A stretch of DNA of 62,906 nucleotides, filler included, from Octopus bimaculoides (lineage: Eukaryota), in NCBI RefSeq assembly GCF_001194135.2. It is 7 parts of 6 records of this genome, joined end to end, with 100 filler letters (N's around TTAATTAATTAA, not from the genome) between each part and the next. Parts side by side here need not be neighbours in the genome. Positions count along the whole stretch, not along the records: positions 51,627 to 58,100 come from NC_068982.1; positions 58,201 to 62,906 come from NC_068987.1; 5 more parts are not named here. One strand, 5' to 3'. Under the pieces are notes generated by a model that made no database searches, was not told where the DNA came from, and saw only the letters and a list, made by a program, of their open reading frames with translations. Below, one piece after another: positions 53,040 to 62,906 of the stretch; within the stretch, counting starts at the first letter, position 1; each line of letters starts with the position of its first letter. The position numbers and the translations under genes are program-made.

Positions 53040-53675
53040 GTTGCTCCATCTCCACAGATGATTTTCATCACTCTAAGCTTTCTCGTTGTCAACAGCATTT
53101 CTGGCCTACCTTCTTTGACCTCTAAGATAAACCTCCAGTCTTGCTGCAGATCAACATTGTTTGAAGCATAGATGACAGACGAAAGTTGTATCTTCCACTG
53201 GATTCAACGGATTACTTAGTGAGATATTCTCTCTATGAACTCCCATGTTTCTTCAGTCCCGAAATCGACTTATAAGACCTTCCACATACTACACAAATCG
53301 AATCTAGGAAGAAGAACGACGCATACAGTTGTTCTATCGTGAGATTTCTGATATTGGTTGACATACCAAAGATTTTCATTGAGTTATGGATAGTTTTTTC
53401 ATTGGCTTGAAGAGTTGGAGCATAAACTGACAAGATTGTTACGTAGCGTTTACATGAACGAGGGAAGCGAAACTTCATTATACGATCTTGATACTAGAAG
53501 ACACCCCAAAGATTCCACCAAAGTTTTTCTGAACGCAAAACCGACACCACCTTTTCGTCGTTCACCTTTTGGTTTGTCAACCCAGAAATGTGTGTAGCCC
53601 GAAGATACTTCAGTAACCTGATCTTCCCCGGAGAAACGCGTTTCAGATAAAGTTGCAATATTTATGAGCATTAAG
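53040..53675 (-). mobile_element. RTE-clade LINE AP-endonuclease fragment
   Basis: INIATLSETRFSGE..GYTHFW..GGVGFAF..SVYAPTLQA. Confidence 0.85.
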
Positions 53676-54710
53676 GCAGTGAGTTGGCGGAATCGTTACC
53701 GCGCCAGGCAAAATGCTTTGTGGCATTTTGTCCGTCTTTACCATCTGAGTTCAAGTTCCATCGAGGTCGACTTTACCTCTCATCCTTTCAGAGTCGATAA
53801 AATAAGAACCAGTTGAATACTGGTGTCTATGTAATCGATATTGCAGGCCTTGTGCCAAAACGTGAAACCAATATTTATAAGCAGTCTTTGAACTTCTTTA
53901 GTCACAAATGCTGTTCTTCGTTCAGAACGATTAGATGAAGTTTGGTCCAGTAGAGCTCTACTGTTCTCGCAGCATATATTGAGATTATCGCGATCTTTTG
54001 CAAATATTTTGTTACGACTGTCATCTTTCCTGTTCTTGTTTGAATGAACTACCGTTAGCAGCGGGGAGCTAACTAGTGTCTACGCGACAGGCAAAGATTG
54101 ATGCACCTTTTCTAGAATCTTCTCAGGAATTTGGACGAGCAGTACTCTACCTAAAAAGAGGCTGCTCAATCGCGAGAATTTCCACTGGAGTTGATCTCTG
54201 TCACGGGAAAAAACCCAACATCGACGTTGGGATAAGTCTTCTGCCGCCTGTGTGCAGATTTGGAACTATGCACTTCCAACTGGCTAGGTCTGCACACGCC
54301 GCTGCTCATCCACTTCCATAGAAGTTACGGGAGATGAGAAGACAAATGACAGATAATGTCATTTGACAGAGAAACCTCGCAGTAAAATTACGCTCGGTGG
54401 TTTTACTGCGCACCCTGACACCGACCAAGAGTATTTCTGCGTCTCTGTGTTCAGGTGGATTGGCATGACATATACTAGTTAACACATGCATGCATACATA
54501 CATACATACATACATACATACATGCATACATACATACATACATACATGCATACATACATACATACATACATACATACATGCATACATACATACATACATA
54601 CATACATACATACATACGTATGTAAGGAAAGCTGCATTTACATATTGTGCTTGTACACGTGTACGCATATAAGTCTGAGTGAACGGAAGTACACACATGC
54701 TCGCATTAAC

Positions 54711-54753
<43 letters not shown>

Positions 54754-55742
54754 NNNNNNNNNNNNNNNNNNNNNNNNNNNNNNNNNNNNNNNNNNNNNNN
54801 NNNNNNNNNNNNNNNNNNNNNNNNNNNNNNNNNNNNNNNNNNNNNNNNNNNNNNNNNNNNNNNNNNNNNNNNNNNNNNNNNNNNNNNNNNNNNNNNNNNN
54901 NNNNNNNNNNNNNNNNNNNNNNNNNNNNNNNNNNNNNNNNNNNNNNNNNNNNNNNNNNNNNNNNNNNNNNNNNNNNNNNNNNNNNNNNNNTATATATATG
55001 CATATACATATTGGCACATTCGTATATTGCATTATATGTTTGTGTACATACACACGCATGCATGCACACACACACAAACACGCACACACATATGCGTGTG
55101 CGTGCATGTGCGTGTGTATGTATGTGTGCATAGACTCGCCAACCCACTTCAACACATAAAAATCTATCGCACAAACGTATTAACTCACACACCACGCTGC
55201 TCACACTTGCCCTGACCCTTAAAGTTCAATTCAATAATTGACGGTGACTCACTTATTAATTGACACGAAACCCCTGACCCAAGGGTTAATATATTTCTTC
55301 CTTCAGGGTCTGAAATTTGCTAAAACCCCCTAGGCTATATGCATAGTTTGAAGTGGTGCAATATTTGTGTGTTAATGTATTGTAATGGATAAAGCTTTTC
55401 CTACTGAGATTCTTTCACTAGTTTTTCGATTTCGCTTTATCACTCTCATCCACATTTTCTCTCTCTCTTTCACTATTTTCCCCCCTATTCGTTTTAATTT
55501 CTAATATTCTTCTCTTCTTGTTTAGTTGAATTTTCTTTCATTTTCTATATTACAGTCTTACCCCTTCTTATTTCTATCCTCCTAATCATCCCCCAAAATT
55601 TCTCATTTTCCCTATTTTCCATTTATTTTATAGTCTTTCTTTTCTCTATTTTTTCCATCTCTGTCTGTTTGTTTGGCTCTTTCTTTCTTTCTTTCTTTCT
55701 CTCTCTCTCCCTGTATACACCCCGCCCACACATATATATATG

Positions 55743-55773
<31 letters not shown>

Positions 55774-56359
55774 NNNNNNNNNNNNNNNNNNNNNNNNNNN
55801 NNNNNNNNNNNNNNNNNNNNNNNNNNNNNNNNNNNNNNNNNNNNNNNNNNNNNNNNNNNNNNNNNNNNNNNNNNNNNNNNNNNNNNNNNNNNNNNNNNNN
55901 NNNNNNNNNNNNNNNNNNNNNNNNNNNNNNNNNNNNNNNNNNNNNNNNNNNNNNNNNNNNNNNNNNNNNNNNNNNNNNNNNNNNNNNNNNNNNNNNNNNN
56001 NNNNNNNNNNNNNNNNNNNNNNNNNNNNNNNNNNNNNNNNNNNNNNNNNNNNNNNNNNNNNNNNNNNNNNNNNNNNNNNNNNNNNNNNNNNNNNNNNNNN
56101 NNNNNNNNNNTATATATATATATGTCTATCTCTGTATGTGTACACGCACGCACACGCAGCACATATATACGTATGTATGTATATACATACATACATACAT
56201 ACATACATACATACAGATTTCATCATTCATTCATTTACACATTCATCCTATTATTCAGTCTTTCTCTCTGAAAACAGAACCCTTAAAAGAGATAACGCAA
56301 AATATATATGTAAGTGTGTGTGTGTATGTGTGTATGTGTGTGTGAGTGTGTGTGTGTGT

Positions 56360-56397
<38 letters not shown>

Positions 56398-56672
56398 ATA
56401 CATACGTATGTATATCTGTATGATTACTTCATCAGATGATAGACGTCTTATCAAGGTGACATCTGAACGTCATTGGATCATGTAGTGATATGCATTTCTC
56501 CGTCACTTTCTAACATCCATAGTTAAATATCCAGTTACGAACAAAAGTAACATAAGCATAAACTATTTCTACCGCAGTTTCCTAATGCTTATAATTTACT
56601 TGAATAGACACGAACCTAAGAATTTCTACAACCTCGAACAAAATATGTATGCATATAGGAAGGTCGAGTGCA

Positions 56673-57740
56673 GGACAAAAACCCCCTAGGACAAAAGCCC
56701 CACGAACAAAAGCCCATCAGCCAAAAAAAGCCCCTCGGATAAAAGCCCCACGGTTATATTTTTAGTTTTTTTTTTAACCTTTTACTTGTTTCAGTCATTA
56801 GACTGTTGCCATGCTGGAGCACCGCCACGAAAAATTATTAGTTGAACGTATCGACACCAGAATTTTTTTTTTTCACTTTTGCTTGTTGCAGTTATTAGAC
56901 TGCGGCCATGCTGGGGCATTACCTTGAAGAATTTTTAGTCGAATGTATCGATGCCACAATTTTTTAAATATTTTTACTTGTTGCTGCAATTACTAGACTG
57001 CGGCCATGCTGGAGCACCACCTTGAAAAATTTTTAGTCGAATGTATCGACGCCAGAATTTTTGAAATTTTTATTTGTTGCAGTTATTGGACCGTGGCCAT
57101 GCTGGGGCACCACCTTGAAGAATTTTTAGTCATAATAATTAGCATTTTAAAATTTGAAATTAAAGTCTTTTGGTTTCTTCTCTCAGCACTTACAAATTAA
57201 TGAGAATGACCTGACCTCTTGAACTTTCTCTGGCCGTTGAAGGTCTAACAGAATTATGGCACCGAAGTCTAGTCATTCAAACGTACTTCTTATCTTTTTT
57301 TATGTTTCTACACATTTCTTGAAGTAATCGCTTTCTCGTTTGTTAGAATTCACACAATATGTGCACCGAGTAGTAGAGTCTTGTGTTCCGTTATTCTATT
57401 CTACTTATTTATTTTCGATTGAATATATTTCCTTTACTTAAAAATTGGAATTTTAGAAAATAAAAGTTTTTTTTTACAGCCGCGATTTCCGTTTTTGTTT
57501 ACGTGAAATTATTTTAAAAAATTGTTTTTCAAGATTTGTCTGTTATTTCTTGCATGTGGTGAGACCTTCTAGGCTTAACTTCATGCGCTTGTTGAAAATC
57601 ATTTAAATAATAGGTCGATACATTCGACTAAAGATTCCTCAAGGTGGTGCCCCAGCATGGCTACAGTCTAATGACTGTAACAAGTGAAGAGAGAAAAAAA
57701 ACGAAAAATAACCGAAAAATAGAACCGTGAGGCTTTTGTC
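56673..57740. mobile_element. TIR-bounded DNA element (superfamily undetermined) carrying tandem SINE-tail copies
   Basis: Left end has tandem GGACAAAAGCCCC units ending CCACGGTT; right end is AACCGTGAGGCTTTTGTCC. Confidence 0.5.
56778..57133 (-). repeat. Four tandem about 90-nt copies of a SINE 3' segment
   Basis: Repeated unit ACTTGTT.CAGT.ATTAGACTGCGGCCATGCTGG.GCACCACCTTGAA.AATTTTTAGTCGAATGTATCGA. Confidence 0.85.
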
Positions 57741-58200
57741 CACTTTTACACTTTAACTATAAAGCAGGCCTAAAGCAACGACTCAATTTTTGGGGGTGGG
57801 AAGAGAGAGAGAGAGAGAGAGGAACAAAGAGAGGAAGAAAGAAAGAGAAAGTTGCAAAAGAAAGGGGAAAATTCTCTAATGATAAGCTGCCCTGAAAGCT
57901 CAGAACAATCGACACATGATTTAAAAGAATTAAGATTTTATTTGTCAAGGAATAGAATAAAACAATTTGGCGCAGTTGTTCTGACGCAGACGAACCGGCA
58001 GCTGACTGGACATTCAGCCTGTTTTGAGGACGACAACTTTTTGGCGCATGAGACAAATACATACATACAAAAGCCCACTCGAGAGCGCAGAAATATACAC
58101 NNNNNNNNNNNNNNNNNNNNNNNNNNNNNNNNNNNNNNNNNNNNTTAATTAATTAANNNNNNNNNNNNNNNNNNNNNNNNNNNNNNNNNNNNNNNNNNNN

Positions 58201-58285
58201 GCCAGCTTTTTATGCATTCCTGGAAGGTGTTTTAACCAGAAATTGGGGATCTTGTCGTGTCCAGGTGCCTTCCAGTTGCTTAGTC

Positions 58286-58340
<55 letters not shown>
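58201..58340 (-). mobile_element. Short R4/Dong-like LINE fragment abutting (TAA)n
   Basis: RLSNWKAPGHDKIPNFWLKHL directly after a (TAA)n run; truncated by a gap. Confidence 0.8.
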
Positions 58341-58343
<3 letters not shown>

Positions 58344-58366
58344 CATTATCATTCATGATGATGATA

Positions 58367-58399
<33 letters not shown>

Positions 58400-58494
58400 G
58401 TGACGTTGATGACGACGACGACGAGGACGACGAGGACGACGAGGACGACGACGATGATGATGATGATGAGTGTGATGATGACTATGATGATGAC

Positions 58495-58533
<39 letters not shown>

Positions 58534-59371
58534 AATGATGATGATGACGACGACGACGACGATGATTATGAGGGTGATCATGATAATGATGAATGTTTCA
58601 AAGTCTTGGTGCAGGCCAGTTTTAGAGCGAAATTGTTATTCGATTATATATATATATATATATATCCCAGTGTCCGACTGGTATTTGTTTCATCGAACCC
58701 AAAAGGAGGAAAAGTAAAATCGACATCAGCAATGAAATGTAATTAATCAATTTGTTCGGCATTCTTAATTATTACGCCCGATCACCGCCTTAATGATAAG
58801 AATAGCTGTTTCAAATTTTGGCACAATGCCAGGAAATTCAGAATAAAGGCAAGTCGATTACCCTTATACACAACTGGTATTAATTTTAACGTTCCCAGAA
58901 TGATGAAATGCAAGGTCGATCTGGGCAGAATGTAAACTCAGAACGTTAAAATGGATGAAACAACGCAAAGCAGTTTGCTCTGAGTGCTAACGATTCTGCT
59001 CGCTTGCTGCCTTAATTTTAATTTCTATTTTAACCACTGACCTAACTTTTTGCACAAACATTGGGTACGACGAAATAACATGGTTAATTTTATACATCAA
59101 TAATGAAACATTAGCGTTGAATCTGATGGGCTTCAATAAATGTTGTTCGTTATATAGCTTACAAAAACTAATTGCTAAAATCTGAAATAAATAAATAAAT
59201 AAAACTCAAGTGATACATCTATTTTCGTTCCGATAATGATCGTTGCATTATTGACTCTATGATTATGTCAAATGTCCTGCAACAAATCTCCATTTAAGCA
59301 CTCGGTTAATCTAATCTTAGTAGAGCTTGAGAGAGAAATATTTTGGGAAGCTTAATGAAGTGAAATCTCAC

Positions 59372-59499
59372 CTGCAGGTCATCTTGATGTTAAGGCTGAA
59401 ACAGTTTAACGCAAAAGTGATTATGAAGTGTGTTGATAGTTGTTCAATTAACTCGTGTTCAGTCGATCCTTCTTTAAATATAGTGTGAAACAGGCCATC
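59372..59499 (-). CDS. Candidate 128-nt exon, unknown product
   Basis: Acceptor cttgatcgtgcAG, donor CAG|GTGAGA, open frame DGLFHTIFKEGSTEHELIEQLSTHFIITFALNCFSLNIKMTC. Confidence 0.25.
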
Positions 59500-59871
59500 C
59501 TGCACGATCAAGTAAACGTTAATAATAGAGGTTCTGCTTCAAAATCAGTAGAACTATTTTAGGAAGAAACAGATTTTAAGATATATTTATGTATGTATGT
59601 ATGTTTATCTATGTGTGTGTGTGTTTGTGTATGTGTTTGTGTGTGCGTTTATCTCTGTGTGTGTGCCTGTGTCTGTGTCTATGTGTAGATACACAAGTCT
59701 ACTGCTGGAAATATTTTACGAAGGCATTAGTTGAAGTCTACTGTCTTGAAATTGATACGGTAACCTTGAGAACCGAACTGCAATACTCTAATGTATTGCG
59801 TTTCATCTCTACCAATTTAAATCGCTATGGATGCTGAATATGTAAACTTTGGTCGTATTTACAACTGTTTA

Positions 59872-59922
<51 letters not shown>

Positions 59923-61647
59923 ACCCAGACATACATTCATGCATACATACGTACGTATGTATGTGTGTGTGTGTGCATGTATGTATGTGCAGTGTATAAC
60001 TTTAAAAACATTCTTAATTTACTGTAAGTGTAGAATAAGCTTTGATCCTAAATCATGAAATTCACTGAGATCTGAGATGCTTTTAGCACAAAATCTTCAA
60101 GCTGTCGAATTTTCTTTCATGTGCATGTTGTTTATACAATTCAAGTTTATTGCCATAATATAACGTAAGATTCTATTTACTGCAAGCACGTTTGTAAAAT
60201 TATGCAAGTTCTTCAGAAAGTAGATACACATTATTTTGTATAGGTTTGTTACTATCGAACGCTTCAAAGTGTTAGTGTAGAGAATGAACATACAATTATT
60301 GCACATCCTATCATTGGCAACCTGGATGCTCCCAATGAACCACTCTATACGATGTTACTAGTGCCAACCGGGTCGGATATTTATATTATGCATACACAAT
60401 ATACTACTAATGAATAACGGTTTTGAATGGAATTATTAAACAACGAAACTCATAACATATGATATATACGAATTAATGTGTACACTCACCCGCGTATTCC
60501 GCAATATCTATCATTATATCATTTATACACATTAATGCGTGTGTACGTGAGTGTGTGTGCGTGCATGCGTCTCGCGCAAGTTTGTGTTTGTGTGTGTATG
60601 TGTGTGAGCCTGTGTATACGCATATCCTTATATATACATATACATTTATGATATATATATATGTGTGTGTGTGTGTATGTGTGCTATATAACAAGTGTAT
60701 CTGTATGTGTGCATGTATGTATATATGCATATATGAATGTACATACGCAAACACGTACACACACACGCACTCAGACACCCACTCACACACACACACACAC
60801 ACAGACACACACACACACACACACTCACACCTAGAAATACAGATAAACATAATGAGGTTTAATGATTATTTTAAGTTCATATCTTGTACTTGTTTCAGTC
60901 TTTAGACAGCGGCCATGGTCGTGCACCACCTTCAAGAATTTTAGTCAAATGAAGCGATTCCAGGAAAAATTTTTTTGTAAATCGTGGTTCTTATTCTATC
61001 ATATCTCATTTGCATAAGCTTCACGTGACGGGGATTTGAACATGCTAACACCGATTGTCAAACACTGGAACGGGGTCAACATAGACACAAAGACATTCAC
61101 ATATCATTGTTTATCTTCTATCATCGATTGAGAACCGCTGTTGTTTTGTTTACTTCCCCATAAATTATGGAACCGATGAAATAAGTATCAAGATTGAAAA
61201 ACAGGTATTGGGTTCGATTCCTTCGACTAAATATCCTTCAAAGTGGTGATCAATCATGGCTACAGTCTAATTACCAAAGCATGTAACACATAAAAGATTA
61301 GAAAATAAAAATATCTTCCCAACCTTTAGTCTAATCGTTGCTTTAAATGTGGCCGGAAAAATTTCCCAAAGCATTAGATAAACACTGTACCAGCCCACAT
61401 CAAAATCATTTTCAATAAACAAATTGATTTATTCCACCATGTTAAATATTGTTGACTATATTGCAAGGTGGTAAATTAAATCTAATAATTAATAACACTA
61501 TAACCACTCACCACCTATATAATAGCACTACACTTAACAATTCAAATAACCATAATATCATAATGTAAATCATCGACTCATTAATTCACCTATTACTATA
61601 AAAAGGACTACTAGCTACTAGCTACAATGAACTAGCATTTCTACGCC

Positions 61648-61728
61648 ATATGCCCACGGGCATAAGGCGTAGTGGTTACTAGCGCGGGCTACTAACCCAA
61701 AGATTCGGAGTTCAATTCCAGGCAATGA

Positions 61729-61805
<77 letters not shown>
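61648..61805 (+). mobile_element. Short tRNA-derived SINE with (TAA)n tail
   Basis: GGCGTAGTGGTTA (A box) and GAGTTCAATTCC (B box); no closed acceptor stem; long TAA tail. Confidence 0.7.
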
Positions 61806-61859
61806 GCAATTATAATAAAAATAAAAACAACAGCAACATCGAAAAATACCTTAGTTCCA

Positions 61860-62325
61860 ACCGGGTTGGAAAGTTCCCCAAGACACCTGATGAATGCTGG
61901 AGGGTATATCCGCCGAAAAGTTGTTTTAACAACAAACAAGATGAGGACAAATCTCTGTCAAATGTAAATAAAGTACATAATGTAACATTCCTTTATATAA
62001 CTGTGATGATAAATCACTATCCAATCATTTAAAATTGTATAATGGAAATCAGTGTATAATATATATATTACTGCTCTTGTAAAAGAAGATATTTATATCG
62101 TTATGTCTTCTACCACATCCAAATTTCGCAGGAATAACCACAAATTGACATTCAATCATAAAAGCATGGCTGGTATATCGTTAGAAAAATCTGTACATTC
62201 TCTCATTGATAACATTGCTTTGTATAAAATTGCTTTGTCCATTGTATGTTATGAACTACCATATAAAGTTGGTGGTGGTTGGTGTGGGCTCTACGTATTT
62301 AAGGCGTTTGCGTTAGTATAATAAA
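61860..62325 (+). mobile_element. Penelope terminal repeat plus GIY-YIG endonuclease remnant
   Basis: YIVMSSTTSKFRRNNHKLTF...PYKVGGGWCGL resembles Penelope GIY-YIG. Confidence 0.7.
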
Positions 62326-62906
62326 ATGAAATTTTATTAAGTAACGTGACGGATTGATTATAAGATGCGAGCAACTTAGAAATAATCTAACATAAAATAA
62401 TCTAACATTAAATTAACTTACAAGACCAACATTAATGAACTTCCCTTTCCAACGGTGATCATAGTTCAGTTTCCTCTTTTTGATATATACCGTATTGGAT
62501 CATAATCTTCCTTATCCTGATTATGTAAACTACTTAATGAATTATAGATGTTTAGTGTGTCAGTATCTTATACCTCTAACATACTACACCCTTCTTACAC
62601 TCTATACCATTATATTCCACAAAGAATGAGGTTGTTAATCTGACTGTCCTGGTTCAGTAATTCTACAGTTCAGAACTTCCTTACCACCACTCTTGATTGC
62701 TCTAATCTTAGATATTATAATATTTTAAAATAATATATATCTGAAATTTCAATTCCGGACGGCAGAGTTTGTTCTTCAAGCTTAGTAACAGGTAAGGTAT
62801 TATCCATAAATGCGCTTGTACATATGTATATGTATACATGTGTATATATTGTTATGTATATGTGTAAATTTTGTTATGTATACATATATATATATATATA
62901 TATATA

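Noticed and set aside
61648-61735. Possible second tRNA gene
   Set aside because: No closed acceptor stem and it runs into a (TAA)n tail, so it is a SINE head. The same applies to the tRNA-like heads at 33705 and 37662.

Overview
Eukaryotic, AT-rich, repeat-dense scaffold with many N gaps. The SINE families, microsatellite load and TTAATTAATTAA-padded 100-nt gaps suggest an octopus/cephalopod draft genome (inference, not proven). Most of the window is transposon debris: tRNA-derived SINEs, R4/Dong-like, RTE and CR1-like LINE fragments, Penelope pieces, Tc1/mariner and hAT remnants, MITEs/foldbacks, Helitron/Helentron-type non-autonomous elements and one probable LTR with a tRNA-Trp primer site. 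Two host features are well supported: a minus-strand exon of an S1 (chymotrypsin/trypsin-family) serine protease (45272-45431; IVEG...CGGTLISPSYVITAAHC) and an intron-containing tRNA-Lys(UUU) gene (34672-34762, minus). I could not find the protease Asp102/Ser195 exons; several weaker candidate exons are flagged as such. I see no prokaryotic genes, CRISPR array or clearly novel multi-gene system. Most ORFs in the supplied track are microsatellite or gap artefacts. Repeat boundaries are approximate (about +/-10-30 nt) unless stated as exact.
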